Assembly (NCBI GenBank): GCA_963813335.1
Contig: CAWEYL010000003.1
Coordinates: 384,001 to 448,000, forward strand
Source of the DNA: an uncultured Chloroflexia bacterium
Lineage (GTDB): Bacteria; Chloroflexota; Limnocylindria; Limnocylindrales; CSP1-4
Length of the DNA: 64,000 nucleotides
Direction of reading: 5' to 3'
The position numbers and the translations under genes were made by a program. This document shows positions 8,942 through 20,046 of the stretch, piece by piece. How positions within the stretch are numbered: the first letter of the stretch is position 1; each line of letters starts with the position of its first letter. The notes beneath the pieces were generated by a model that saw only the letters and a program-made list of their open reading frames with translations, was not told the origin of the DNA and ran no database searches.

Positions 8942-10342
8942 GTGCAAGCCCGCCGGATCCGGCCTGACACCGGACCAACCGACCGTCGCCGCCTCGCCGC
9001 GGCCGGTCTGTCGGCGGTCCTCCCCGGACTCGGCCAGGCGTTCAACCAGCGGCGCCGCCTCGCCCTCTGGTTCCTGATCCCGTCGCTGATCGTCCTCGTC
9101 GTCGCGTTCGTCGTCGTGCGCACGCAGTCCCTGACGCACCTTGCCGCGTGGGCCATCACGCCGGCCGTGCTGGGCATGCTCCTGACCGTCAACCTGGCGA
9201 TCCTCGCCTGGCGGTTGACCTCGGTCGGACAGGCCTACCTCGACACCCGCCGCCAGGGCCCGACCGGCAAGCTCGGGATCGTCGGGCTGGCCGTGATCGT
9301 CGTGGCCGTGATCGTGCCGCATGCGCTGGCCTGGCAGTACGGGAGCATCCTGGGGAACACCTTCAGCAAGGTCTTCGCGGGGCACGACGTCAGCGCCGCG
9401 GCCGATGGCGGCGCGCCGACGGCCTCGCCCGGCCCGGGGATCACGGAGCGGCTCAACATCCTGCTCATCGGCGTGGATTCGACGTCGAAGCGGACCACCG
9501 ACCTGACCGACACGATGATGGTCGCTTCGCTCGACCCGGTCGGCCACACCATCTCGATGGTGTCCATCCCGCGCGATCTCGTGAACGTTCCGCTCAGCCA
9601 CGGCGACGTCTACGGGCCGAAGCTCAACTCCCTGATGTCGTACGCCGACCGCCACAAGGACGCCTTCCCGGCAGGTGGCATCGCCGCCCTCGAGGACGCG
9701 GTCGGGTCGCTGCTCGGGATCCCCATCCACTACTACGCGCGGATCGACTTCGTGGGCTTCATGAAGATGGTCGATGCCGTGGGCGGCGTCGACATCGATG
9801 TCGCCAGGGGCTTCTCGGACCCGAACTACGACGGGGTCGGCCTCGACGGCCGCGGGTACACCGTGACCAAGGGCCCGCACCACTTCACGGGCGCCGAGGC
9901 GCTCGCCTACGCCCGGGTGCGCAAGGCCCCCGGCGAGAGCGACTTCACCCGCGCGGCCCGGCAGCAGGAGGTCATCGTCGCGCTGCGCGCCCGCGTGCTC
10001 CGCGGCGGGAGCGTGCTCTGGGAGCTGCCGAAGCTGCTCGACGTGGTCGGCGACACGGTCCACTCGGACCTGCCCGTGGAGCGGCTGCCGGACCTCGCGG
10101 CCGTCGTGGACGAGATGGGCCGCGGGTCGATGGTCCGGGCCGTCATCAAGTGGCCGCTCGTCCACCCGATCAGTACCCGCTACGGCGACTCGCAGGACCC
10201 GGACCTGCCGGCGATCCGGGCCATGGCGGCGGAGCTCTTCTCCCCGCCGGGCGTCACGCCGGTCCCGTGGCCGACCCCGAAGCCGACCCCGACCCCCAAG
10301 CCAACGAAGGCACCGAAGGCGACGCCGACCGCCCAGTCCTAG
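8942..10342 (+). CDS. LCP (LytR-CpsA-Psr) family wall-polymer ligase
   Basis: N-terminal TMs; NILLIGVD, TDTMMV, SIPRD, ALAYARVR, DFTRAARQQ. Confidence 0.93.
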   Translation: MQARRIRPDTGPTDRRRLAAAGLSAVLPGLGQAFNQRRRLALWFLIPSLIVLVVAFVVVRTQSLTHLAAWAITPAVLGMLLTVNLAILAWRLTSVGQAYLDTRRQGPTGKLGIVGLAVIVVAVIVPHALAWQYGSILGNTFSKVFAGHDVSAAADGGAPTASPGPGITERLNILLIGVDSTSKRTTDLTDTMMVASLDPVGHTISMVSIPRDLVNVPLSHGDVYGPKLNSLMSYADRHKDAFPAGGIAALEDAVGSLLGIPIHYYARIDFVGFMKMVDAVGGVDIDVARGFSDPNYDGVGLDGRGYTVTKGPHHFTGAEALAYARVRKAPGESDFTRAARQQEVIVALRARVLRGGSVLWELPKLLDVVGDTVHSDLPVERLPDLAAVVDEMGRGSMVRAVIKWPLVHPISTRYGDSQDPDLPAIRAMAAELFSPPGVTPVPWPTPKPTPTPKPTKAPKATPTAQS

Positions 10343-10389
10343 GCTGGCCAGCGCGAGCCGTGGGCGCCGTGCCGCGGTCGCGCGCGATG

Positions 10390-10579
10390 TGGCACAGCGC
10401 TCATGAGCGGAACGTTATGGCCGGTCGGTACCCCGTCGACGCCAGGATTCGCGACTCTCACGCCGCTCTTGGCCGGGATCCACGCACGAAACCGGCCATC
10501 GGCCCCGGTCCGCTCGCAGCTCGATGGGCCAGATCGAGGTGGTTTCGGCCATTACGTTCTATGGATGGTCGTTGTGCCA
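10390..10579. repeat. ~190-bp element bounded by imperfect 34-bp inverted repeats (MITE/REP-like)
   Basis: 10390-10423 versus the reverse complement of 10546-10579: 25/34 identical by hand count; lies between convergent genes. Confidence 0.6.
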
Positions 10580-10616
10580 GGTTCCGGGTGCCGCGTTGGC
10601 CGATGCGGCCGTGTGG

Positions 10617-11183
10617 TCAGGACGCGGGCCAGCGCGAGCCGGGCGGCACCCAGCGGGCGAATCGCTCGAGGAGCGCCGCCAGGTCGGCATCGACGGCCAC
10701 GAGCCGGCGATGGTCGGGGGAGATGAAGCCCTCGCGGACGGCCCCGTCGAGCCACGCCAGCAGCCCGTCCCAGTAGCCTGCCGGACCGAGCAGCCCGATC
10801 GGCTTGCGGTGGAGTTCCAGCTGCCCCCATGACGCGACCTCGGCCAGCTCCTCGAGCGTCCCGAGGCCACCGGGCAGGGCGATGAATCCATCGGCCAGCT
10901 CGGCCATGCGCGCCTTCCGCTCGTGGAGCGTGTCGACGACGTCGATCTCGGTCAGTCCGGGATGCGCGAGCTCCCGATCCGCGAGCCGGTGCGGGATCAC
11001 GCCGAAGACCTCGCCGCCGGCGGCGAGCGCGGCGTCCGCGAGCGCCCCCATCAGCCCGACCCGGCCGCCGCCATAGACGATGCCGATGCCGCGCTCCGCC
11101 AGCCCGCTGCCGACCGCCCGGGCGAGCGCGGCATAGGCCGGCGACCGGCCGGAGCTCGCGCCGCAGAACACGCAGAGGCGCAC
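10617..11183 (-). CDS. LOG family (TIGR00730) nucleotide phosphoribohydrolase
   Basis: [24 protein letters not shown]. Confidence 0.93.
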   Translation of the reverse strand: MRLCVFCGASSGRSPAYAALARAVGSGLAERGIGIVYGGGRVGLMGALADAALAAGGEVFGVIPHRLADRELAHPGLTEIDVVDTLHERKARMAELADGFIALPGGLGTLEELAEVASWGQLELHRKPIGLLGPAGYWDGLLAWLDGAVREGFISPDHRRLVAVDADLAALLERFARWVPPGSRWPAS

Positions 11184-11199
11184 GGCGGTCCCCCTCCCG

Positions 11200-11832
11200 C
11201 TAGAAGCCGAGCGCCCGGAGGTGGGGCGTCATCCGCCGCGCCGCCGCCGAGCGGTGCGAGATCGCGTGCTTCTCGGCGGGCGTCCACAACCCGAGCGTCC
11301 GGCCGCCGGGCGGCTCGCTCGCCGGCTCGAAGATGGGGTCGTACCCGAACCCGCCGGTGCCGCGCGGCACGGCAGCGATCCGGCCGCGACAGGTCCCGCG
11401 GGCCAGCGTGACCGGCAGACCCCCGCGCGGCCCAGGGACGTCGGGCAGCGCCAGGGCCAGCACGCAGACATAGCGGGCGCCGCGGCGCAAGGGTGGCAGG
11501 CCTGCCAGGGCTTCGAGCAGCTTGCGGTTGTTGTCGGCGTCGGTGGCGTCCTCGCCGGCGTAGCGCCGGGTCCGGACGCCGGGACCCCCGTCCAGCGCGT
11601 CCACCTCGATCCCGGAGTCGTCGGCCAGGGTCGGCAGGCCGCTCGCCCGGGCGCCGAACCTGGCTTTCAGGGACGCGTTCGTCTCGAAGGTCTCGCCGTC
11701 CTCGACCGGGTCGCCGGGGACCCCGATCTCGTCGAGCGAGACCAGCTCGGCGCGCTCGAGGTGCAGCAGCTCGCGGAGTTCGCGCAGCTTGTGGGTCGAG
11801 CGCGTGGCGACGAGCAGGCGCGGACGAGCCAC
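11200..11832 (-). CDS. rdgB: Non-canonical purine NTP pyrophosphatase (Ham1/RdgB)
   Basis: [24 protein letters not shown]. Confidence 0.93.
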   Translation of the reverse strand: MARPRLLVATRSTHKLRELRELLHLERAELVSLDEIGVPGDPVEDGETFETNASLKARFGARASGLPTLADDSGIEVDALDGGPGVRTRRYAGEDATDADNNRKLLEALAGLPPLRRGARYVCVLALALPDVPGPRGGLPVTLARGTCRGRIAAVPRGTGGFGYDPIFEPASEPPGGRTLGLWTPAEKHAISHRSAAARRMTPHLRALGF

Positions 11833-11836
11833 CGCC

Positions 11837-12574
11837 CTACCGCTTGACGGTGGCGAGGATGGCGGCCTGGGCCGCGAAGAGCTGGGCCAGCCCGGCATCC
11901 GCGAGGTCGATCAGGCCGTTCGCGGCCGCGCGGTCGAACGGCAACCCCTCGGCCGTGCCCTGCAACTCGACGTAGGCGCCGCTGTCGGTGCCGACCACGT
12001 TGAAGTCGACGTCCGCCCGCGAATCCTCCGAGTAGTCGAGATCGAGGAGCGGGACGCCGTCGACGAGCCCGACCGAGACCGCGGCGACCTTGCCCACGAG
12101 GTGGCGGTCCATCCCGTAGGTGATGAGCGCGGCCGCGAGCGCGACGTAGCCGCCGGTGATCGACGCGGTCCGGGTGCCGCCGTCGGCCTGGAGCACGTCG
12201 CAGTCGACGGTGATCGAGCGCTCGCCGAGGCGGGTCAGGTCCACGACGCCGCGGAGCGAGCGGCCGATGAGCCGCTGGATCTCATGCGTCCGCCCGCCGA
12301 TCCGGCCCTTCGCCGATTCGCGGTCGGTGCGCTCCGCGGTCGCCCGCGGCAGCATCGAATACTCGGCGGTCACCCAGCCGGTCCCCTTGCCGCGGAGGTG
12401 GGGCGGGACGCGGTCGACGACCGTGGCCGCGCACAGGACCTCCGTGTCGCCCATCCGGACCCGGCACGAGCCCTCGGCCCACTTCTGGACCCCGAGCTCG
12501 AAGCTGACCGGTCGGAGGTCGCGGGGGCCGCGTCCGTCGGCTCGCACCGTCGGGGGTCGGTTGCCGATGCTCAT
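11837..12574 (-). CDS. rph: Ribonuclease PH
   Basis: [35 protein letters not shown]. Confidence 0.96.
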   Translation of the reverse strand: MSIGNRPPTVRADGRGPRDLRPVSFELGVQKWAEGSCRVRMGDTEVLCAATVVDRVPPHLRGKGTGWVTAEYSMLPRATAERTDRESAKGRIGGRTHEIQRLIGRSLRGVVDLTRLGERSITVDCDVLQADGGTRTASITGGYVALAAALITYGMDRHLVGKVAAVSVGLVDGVPLLDLDYSEDSRADVDFNVVGTDSGAYVELQGTAEGLPFDRAAANGLIDLADAGLAQLFAAQAAILATVKR

Positions 12575-13717
12575 GTCGTCGCCTTCTCCTCTGCCTTGGC
12601 CGCATCCCACAGCGCGTCGAGCGACGCGAAGTCCATGTCGCGCAGGGCGACGCCCACCTCGGCCGCCTGCCGTTCCACGCTGCCGAACCGGCGCCGGAAC
12701 TTGGCGTTCGCCGCGCGCATCGCGGCCTCGGCGTCGACCTCCTGCTTGCGGGCCACGTTGACCAGCACGAACAGGAGGTCGCCGAACTCCTCGGCCCATG
12801 CCCGGTCGTCGCCGTCGGCGGCGGCCTCGCGCAGCTCCTGCGTCTCCTCGATGACCTTGTCGAGCACGCCGTCGAGCGACGGCCAGTCGTACCCGAGGTG
12901 GGCGGCCCGCTCCTGCATCTCCTGGCTGGCCGCCAGGGCCGGGAGCGAGGCGCTGATGCCGTCGAGGGCGCTCTTCGCGGCGGTGTCGCCGCCGGCGTCC
13001 GCCCGCTCCGCGGCCTTGATCCGCTCCCACTGGCGGTTGACGTCCGACGCGGTCTTCGCCTCCGCCTCGCCGAAGACGTGCGGGTGGCGGCGGACGATCT
13101 TGGTGGCGAGCGCCGCCTGCACGTCGGTCAGGTCGAAGACGCCCTCCTCCGCCGCCAGCTGCGCGTGCAGGATGACCTGCAGCAGCAGGTCGCCGAGCTC
13201 GTCCGCCAGCTCCGGGGTCGCACCGCCCTCGAGCGCGTCGTAGACCTCGTAGGCCTCCTCGAGCAGGTGGTTGCGCAGCGAGGCGTGGGTCTGCTCGCGG
13301 TCCCAGGGGCAGCCATCCGGCTGGCGGAGCCGGTCGGCTGATCCAGGGCATCGCCCACGGCCCGGCGACGGCCGCCTCAGGCGCGAGCGGGGCGAGGTAG
13401 CACGGCGCGGTCAGGGCAGCCTCGTCGAGGGCGCCGACGGTCGTCGCCTCGGCCGCCCCGAAGCGGCCCACGGGATGGTCCGCCGGGTACAGGCGGCGCA
13501 GGACGGCGAGGGGGTCGCTGCCGCCCGGGCCGTGCCGTCCCGGGAGCGGCGCCGCCGCGGCCGGAGACGCCCCGAGCAGGACCGCGGGCACGATCAGCAC
13601 CGGGCGCGACGGCTCGATCGGCGTGCCGATGAGCCGCTCGGCCGCGACGAGCTGGACGCCCGCGCCTGGATCCAGTCCCCAGCGCAGCCGCGCCTCGGCC
13701 AGGAGGGCATCCAGCAT
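12571..13717 (-). CDS. mazG: MazG nucleoside triphosphate pyrophosphohydrolase with N-terminal extension; one frameshift near 13337
   Basis: Removing one base restores ...[20 protein letters not shown]...LEEAYE...RRHPHVFG...EEFGDLLF. Confidence 0.88.
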
Positions 13718-13727
13718 GCGCCGCTCG

Positions 13728-15476
13728 CTAGCCCGCGCTGGATCCCGTGATCGACGGATCGCGCTCGATCTTGACCACGGCCTTCTGGGCCGTGTACCAG
13801 TTGGCGAACGCGGTCGACTTGATCGCCTCGAGCTGGCGGCCTTCGGGCGTCCTGTTCTCCTCGGCGAAGACCTTGAACGAGGTAGGTCCCGTCACCGGTG
13901 ATCGAGACCACGTTGCTGGTCTTGCCGACCTCCGCCGCGAAGATCGCGTCGGTCAGGCGCGGGTCGAGCTGGTTCGGGCGCGACCCAGCCGAGGTCGCCG
14001 CCCTTGCTGGCGGTCTCGGCCTCGGAGTTGTCGCGGGCGAGCGCGGCGAAGTCGGCGCCGCCGTCGGCCGCGGTCTTGAGCTTGGCCATCTGGGCCGCGT
14101 CCGGAGCGTGGTACATGATCTGGATCACGTGCCAGCCGATGGACGTCTTGACCGGCGCCAGGAGCTCGCCCGTCCTGGAGGCCGGGGGCGAGGATCGCGG
14201 TCTTGAAGTCCTCGGCCTGCGACAGGTCCGAATCCTTGTCGATGTAGCCCAGCTTGCCGCCGGTGCCCGTGTCGCCCTTGGCGCTCGCCTCGTCGCTCGA
14301 GGTCCGGGCCATCGAGTCGAACAGGCTGGGGTCGGCCTGGAGCTTGGCGTACGCCGCGTCGGCCTCGGCCTTCGCGGCGGCCCACGCGGGGTCGGTGGCG
14401 GCGAGGGCGGCGGCGCCCTCCGGGTCGTCCTTGGGGGAGTACTGGATGTGGCGGACCTTGACGGCGTCCGTCGCCGGCGTCGGCGACGTCTCCACGATGT
14501 AGATCTCGCTGACCTGCCGCTGCGGGCCCTCCTTGGAAGCGTCGGCGACGATCTTGTCCTCGAGCTTCTGATGGATGACGTCGCCGGCGACCACCGCGCG
14601 GTACTTGGCGAGCTCGATGCCGTTGTTCTGGATCTTGGCCTGGTAGGCCGAGTCGACGGTCTCGGCGACGATCTCGCTCGCCCGCCCGATGCGGTAGATC
14701 CCGTCCGCGCCCTCGACGACGGCCGTCGGCGTGTTCACCGGGGCGCCGAAGACCGCGTTGACGAACGCCTCGTCGCTGCCGCTGTCGTCCTTCTGGATCC
14801 AGCCCATGTCACCGGCCTGCGGCGCGGTGGACGTGTCGGTCGAGACGACCTTGGCGACCTCGTCCCAGGCCTTGCCGGCCTGGAGGTCGACGAGGGCCGC
14901 GTCGGCCTTCGCCTTGGCGGCCGCCTTCTGCGCCTCGGTCGGCGCGGTCGCACCGGCGTCGGTCGCGGGGGCGACCTCGATGACCCACGCGTGGCGCGAC
15001 TCGGGCGTCGTGGCCTCGGTCACGAGCCGCGCATCGATGTCCGGATCGGTGGCGGCGATCCCCTGCCCCGCCGCGAGCGTCGCCTGGAGCTTGGTGTCGA
15101 TGATCCGCTCGAGCGTGTTCGGCGCGAGCTGCTGGGTCTGCTGGTCGAGGTACTGCTGCGCCGTCTGCGCCTGGGCGTCGGTCAGACGGCCCACCTGGCG
15201 CTGGTTGACGATCCGGCTGGCGGCCTCGCTGATCCGCCACTGCTCGATGAGGTAGCGGTCCTTGAACTCGTCCTTGGTGATCGACTGGCCGTCGACGCTG
15301 CCGACCGACGCCCAGTGCGTGTTGTACCAGGACAGCCCTGCGGCGAAGAGCAGGATGAGGACGGCCGCCAGGACGACGAGGCCGAAGGCGAGGTTGGTGT
15401 AGAAGTTCCGCCGGTCCTGGCTCTCCCACTGCGCCTTGTGGGTGCGCTTGACGACGGGTTTGGCTCGAAAGGTCAT
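13728..15476 (-). CDS. Membrane-anchored parvulin-type peptidyl-prolyl isomerase (PrsA/SurA-like); frameshifts near 14170, 13980, 13878
   Basis: N-terminal TM; repeated rotamase motifs (AGDMGW, VRHIQY...GGKLGY, GGDLGW) spread over several frames. Confidence 0.85.
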
Positions 15477-15583
15477 GGGGTGGCTGGATCCTGTTCGAAT
15501 GGCGTGGCCGGTCGGCTCCGGGGAGAGACGGGGCGCGTATCGTACCGCAACCTCGCGCGAGGCCAGTCCGTGCGCGGAGCCGC

Positions 15584-16807
15584 TCACCGGCGCATCGTCC
15601 GCTCGACCAGGTCGAGGTACCCGCGGGCCTCGTGCTCCCAGGCCAGGGCGGCCACCCTCGCCCGGGCGCGCGCGATCCGCGCCTCGCGGGCCACGGGATC
15701 GTCGACGATGCCCTCCAGCGCCGTCGCGAGGTCGGCAGCGTCGCCGGGTGCGTAGGTCACGACATCGTCGCCGAACGTGCGCTCGACGAGCGGCAGCCGG
15801 CTGGCGACGACCGTCCGGCCCATCGCGGCGTACTCGTACGCCTTCGTGGACAGCGAGTAGTCGGTGAACTCCGTGCGGCGGGTCGGCGCCAGGCCGACGT
15901 CGGCGGCCGCGATGGCCGCCGGGACCTCGCCGATCGGGATACGCCCGTGGAACGCCACCCGGTCGGCGATGCCGAGGCGGTCGGCCTGGTCGTGGAGCGG
16001 CACCTCCTCGAAGTCGCGGCCGTACAGCTCGAGGGCGACCACGAGGGCCGGCCGGCGCTCGCGCAGGATCGCGATCGCGTCGAGGACCACGTCGAGCTCG
16101 TAGATCGGGCTGAGCCCGCCGGCATAGACCAGGACGAGCCGGCCGTCGGCCATGAACGGGCGGGCCGGGCTCGCGGCGGGGTCGAACCGCGCCAGCGATG
16201 GCACGTTGCGGACGACCGTCAGCTTGGCGGCGGGGACGCCCAGCGCGAGAAGCCGCTCGCCGAGTGCCTCGTTCACGGTGACGACCGCGCTGGCATACCG
16301 CGTCGCCAGCCGCTCCTGGAGCAGGAGGATGCGCCGTGCCAGTCCGCCGAGCCGGGAGCGGAAGCGGCTGCCGAAGAAGACCGGCATCGCCTCGTGCAGG
16401 TCGAGGATCACCGGGACGCCGACCAGCCGGAGCGGCAGCGTGGCGAACACGAGGAAGTCCGGCAGCGTGTGCACCTGGACGAGGCCGTAGCGGCGGCGGG
16501 CGTGGGCACGCACGAGGGCGAAGCCGGCGCGCAGGAAGAAGGCCAGGTACTCCGCGAGGTACACGCCGAGCCCGGCACCCTGGTGACGCTGCACGCCGAG
16601 CCGGCGGACCGTGACGCCGGCGATGGTCTCCTGCCCCGGATCGGCCGACCGTCGCAGGGCGAAGACGTCGACCGCGTGGCCGGCCGCGGCGAGGGCCTCG
16701 GCCTCGCGCCGGACGCGCGGGTCCTCCTCGTAATAGGAGTGGGTCAGCATCGCGATGGGACGGCGTGCCGAGCCGCTCGCGCCTGACCGGTCGGTCGCCG
16801 TGTCCAT
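15584..16807 (-). CDS. Glycosyltransferase family 4
   Basis: DPRVRREAEAL, LDLHE, KAYEYAAMG. Confidence 0.9.
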   Translation of the reverse strand: MDTATDRSGASGSARRPIAMLTHSYYEEDPRVRREAEALAAAGHAVDVFALRRSADPGQETIAGVTVRRLGVQRHQGAGLGVYLAEYLAFFLRAGFALVRAHARRRYGLVQVHTLPDFLVFATLPLRLVGVPVILDLHEAMPVFFGSRFRSRLGGLARRILLLQERLATRYASAVVTVNEALGERLLALGVPAAKLTVVRNVPSLARFDPAASPARPFMADGRLVLVYAGGLSPIYELDVVLDAIAILRERRPALVVALELYGRDFEEVPLHDQADRLGIADRVAFHGRIPIGEVPAAIAAADVGLAPTRRTEFTDYSLSTKAYEYAAMGRTVVASRLPLVERTFGDDVVTYAPGDAADLATALEGIVDDPVAREARIARARARVAALAWEHEARGYLDLVERTMRR

Positions 16808-16898
16808 GCCGGAAGAGCGTACCGCAGCGCGTGGCGGCCGGGCCGTCCGAGCGACGGCGGCCGGGCCGTCGGAGCCCGCCGTGTTACCCTCCGCGCCG

Positions 16899-17764
16899 AT
16901 GAACGAGACGGCCCAGGTGTCTGCCCACTTCCGCACGACCGCCGTCCGCCCGGACCCCTCGGCCTGCTCCGCGAGGCAGTCACCGAGATGCTCGGGCGGC
17001 GGCGGCTGATCGCGTATCTCGTCCAGGCGGACATGAAGAAGAAGGGCGCCGACACGCTGCTCGGCAACATCTGGTGGGTCCTCGACCCGCTCCTCCAGAT
17101 GATCGTCTACGTGGTCTTCGTGTCGGTCGTGCTCCAGCGCGGCGGACCCGACTATCCGCTGTTCATCTTCTCCGCGATCCTGCCCTGGAAGTGGTTCCAG
17201 ACGTCGGTGCAGGACGGCATCACGTCGGTGACGAGCGCGGACAAGCTGATCCGCCAGATCCAGTTCCCCAAGCTCGTGCTCCCGGTCTCGACGGTCGTCG
17301 CGGGGATCATCAACTTCGCGTTCGGCCTCATCCCGCTCGTCGGCCTGATCCTGCTGCTCTACCGCGACCGGCTGACCGCGACGCTCTTCCTGATCCCGGT
17401 CATCGCCGCGGTCCAGTTCTTCCTCAACCTCGGTCTGGCCATCGGGCTGGGCGCCCTCAACGTCTTCTATCGCGACGTCGGCAACGTCTCGCGCCACGTC
17501 CTCCGCATGTGGTTCTACCTGTCCCCGGCGCTCTACTCGATCGAGTCGCTCCAGAAGGGCACCGAGAATCTGCCGATCCTCGGACCGCTCCTGCTCCTCA
17601 ACCCGTGGACGACGCTCTTCACGGCCTACCGCGACGTCATCTACTACAGCCGCATGCCGAACTGGGTCGGCCTCGCCGAGGTCCTCGTCGGCTCGCTCGT
17701 GCTGTTCGCGCTGCTGACGTACGCCTTCAAGCGGGCCGAGCCGTCGTTCGCCAAGGTCCTGTGA
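16899..17764 (+). CDS. Polysaccharide ABC transporter permease (Wzm/TagG-like); probable frameshift near 16952
   Basis: LGNIWWVLDPLL, LIRQIQFP, FYRDV, WFYLSP, LNPW; intact ORF from 16988. Confidence 0.88.
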
Positions 17765-18648
17765 TGGACGATCCGGAGCGGCTCAGTTCAGCCGCGCCGG
17801 CGATCATCCGGCCGGATGCGCCGGTCGCTATCGAGGCGCAGGGGCTCGGCGTCAAGTACAGCCTCAAGTTCACCCGCAAGACGACCATCCACCGCTCGTT
17901 CGTGAACCTGCTCAAGGGCCAGCCGTCCGACGACTTCTGGGCGCTGAGCGACGTCAGCTTCAAGCTCGTCCACGGGGAGTCCCTCGCGGTCATCGGTCCG
18001 AACGGGGCCGGCAAGAGCACGCTGCTCCAGGTCCTCGCCGGGATCATCACCCCGTCCGCCGGGGTGGTCGAGGTCAACGGGCGCATCTCCAGCCTGCTGA
18101 CCCTCGGGGCCGGGTTCGACCAGGACCTGACCGGCCGCGAGAACGTCCGCCTCGCCGGGGCGTTCATCGGCATCGAGGGCGCCGAGATGGCGCGGATGAC
18201 GCCGGGGATCATCGCCTTCGCGGACCTCGGGCCGTTCATCGACGCGCCGATCAAGACGTATTCGTCGGGCATGCGCGCCCGCCTCGGCTTCGCCATCGCG
18301 ACCTCGGTCGACCCGGACATCCTGCTCCTCGACGAGGTCCTCGCGACCGGCGACCAGGTGTTCCGGTCGAGATCCAAGGCCCGCGTCCTCGAGCTCGTCC
18401 ACGCGGCCAAGGGCGTCGTGTTCGTGACCCACGACCTCGGCTGGGTCCTGGAGTTCTGCAACCGCGCGATCCTGCTCGAGCGCGGCCGGATCGTGGCCGA
18501 GGGCGATCCCGCCGAGGTCGTGGCCATCCACCGCGAGCACTCGGAACGGGTGAAGATCGAGCGCGAGGCGGCGATCGCCGCGGCGCTCGCGGAGTCCGGC
18601 TCCGGGCCGCTGCCGCCCGACGCCGCGAAGAGCCGCCTCGCCGGCTAG
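17764..18648 (+). CDS. Polysaccharide ABC transporter ATPase (Wzt/TagH-like)
   Basis: Walker A GPNGAGKST, YSSGMRARL, LLLDE; no C-terminal carbohydrate-binding domain. Confidence 0.93.
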   Translation: MDDPERLSSAAPAIIRPDAPVAIEAQGLGVKYSLKFTRKTTIHRSFVNLLKGQPSDDFWALSDVSFKLVHGESLAVIGPNGAGKSTLLQVLAGIITPSAGVVEVNGRISSLLTLGAGFDQDLTGRENVRLAGAFIGIEGAEMARMTPGIIAFADLGPFIDAPIKTYSSGMRARLGFAIATSVDPDILLLDEVLATGDQVFRSRSKARVLELVHAAKGVVFVTHDLGWVLEFCNRAILLERGRIVAEGDPAEVVAIHREHSERVKIEREAAIAAALAESGSGPLPPDAAKSRLAG

Positions 18649-19961
18649 GCGGGAGTCAACGCCTCGCGGGCCGACCAGCCCGCCCCGAGGCGCAGGACCT
18701 GGCGCGGCCGGACCGCACGGCCGCGCGAGCTGTCGACGGTGTCGACCACGAGCGTCGCCCGCTCGAACACCCGGTCCCAGTCGATCGCCCGGTGGGCCGT
18801 GACCACGACCACGACGTCCGAGACGGCGAGCAGCGCGTCCAGGCCGACCGAGGAACGTTCGATGCCGGCGGCGTCCCGGAACGTCGCCACGTGCGGATCG
18901 TGGAAGGCGACATCCGCCCCGCGCTCCGCCAGGCCCGCGAGGACGTCCGCCGCCGGCGAGTTCCGCGCGTCCTGGACGTTGGGCTTGAAGGCCACGCCGA
19001 GGACCCCGACCCGGGCGCCCTTCAGGGCCTTGCCCCGGTCGTTGAGCGCCTCGGCCGTGAGGTCCACCACGTGGCGCGGCATCGCGAAGTTGATGTCCCC
19101 GGCCAGCTCGACGAAGCGGTCGATGAAGTCGAACTCGCGCGCCCGCCAGCTCAGGTAGTACGGGTCGACCGGGATGCAGTGGCCGCCGACGCCCGGGCCC
19201 GGGGTGAAGCGCATGAACCCGAACGGCTTGGTCGCCGCGGCGTCGATGACCTCCCAGACGTCGAGGTCCATCCGCTCGCACAGCAGGGCCAGCTGGTTCA
19301 CGAACGCGATGTTGACGTTGCGGAAGACGTTCTCGAGCAGCTTGGCGAGCTCGGCGGCATCGGGCGACGACAGCGGCAGCACGTGGTCGTTGATCAGTCC
19401 CAGCAGGGCGGCGGCCCGCTTCGTCGCGGCGGGCGTGGTCGCGCCGACGAGGCGCGGCACGGTCTTCGACGCCGACGCGGGGTCGCCGGGGTTGACCCGC
19501 TCCGGCGCGAACGCGAGGTCGAAGTCGGTGCCGGCGACCAGGCCGGACCGCTCCAGCTCGAGGCGGAACGGGCCGGTCGTCGTGCCCGGGAACGTCGTCG
19601 ACTGGAGGACCACCAGCTGCCCCGCCCGGAGATGCTCGCGGATCATCGACGCCGCCGAGAGGACCGGGGCCAGGTCGGGATCCTTCGACTTGGTGATCGG
19701 CGTGGGGACGCACACGAAGATGACGTCCGCCTCGGCGAGGCCGGCCGCCTCGGGGGTGACGACGCGCAATCCGCTGCCGAGGGCCGCCACGAGGCGGTCG
19801 TCCGTGATGTCGTCGATCGGCGAGCTGCCGCCGGCGAGCTGGGCGACCCGGGTCGCGCTCGCATCGACGCCGTCGACGCGCAGGCCGGCTTCGACGAAGG
19901 AGATCGCCAGGGGCAGCCCGACATACCCAAGGCCGATGACCGCCAGTCTCGAGTCGCTCAC
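18645..19961 (-). CDS. UDP-N-acetylhexosamine 6-dehydrogenase (WbpA/WecC family)
   Basis: GLGYVG, CVPTP, PERVNPG, GPGVGGHCIPVDP. Confidence 0.92.
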   Translation of the reverse strand: MSDSRLAVIGLGYVGLPLAISFVEAGLRVDGVDASATRVAQLAGGSSPIDDITDDRLVAALGSGLRVVTPEAAGLAEADVIFVCVPTPITKSKDPDLAPVLSAASMIREHLRAGQLVVLQSTTFPGTTTGPFRLELERSGLVAGTDFDLAFAPERVNPGDPASASKTVPRLVGATTPAATKRAAALLGLINDHVLPLSSPDAAELAKLLENVFRNVNIAFVNQLALLCERMDLDVWEVIDAAATKPFGFMRFTPGPGVGGHCIPVDPYYLSWRAREFDFIDRFVELAGDINFAMPRHVVDLTAEALNDRGKALKGARVGVLGVAFKPNVQDARNSPAADVLAGLAERGADVAFHDPHVATFRDAAGIERSSVGLDALLAVSDVVVVVTAHRAIDWDRVFERATLVVDTVDSSRGRAVRPRQVLRLGAGWSAREALTPA

Positions 19962-20046
19962 GGATCCTCCATGTCAGCCGAACGCGCCGTGCCGGCGCCG
20001 GGCCGGGTGCCCGGTCGAGAGGATAGCCCGTCCGGAACGACGACCG

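Noticed and set aside
10390-10405. TGGCAC as a sigma-54 -24 box
   Set aside because: No TTGC -12 element at the required spacing in either copy; better explained as inverted-repeat ends
11837-13717. Apparent 626-aa fusion of the MazG N-terminus to RNase PH
   Set aside because: Produced by a single-base frameshift; rph has its own ATG and RBS
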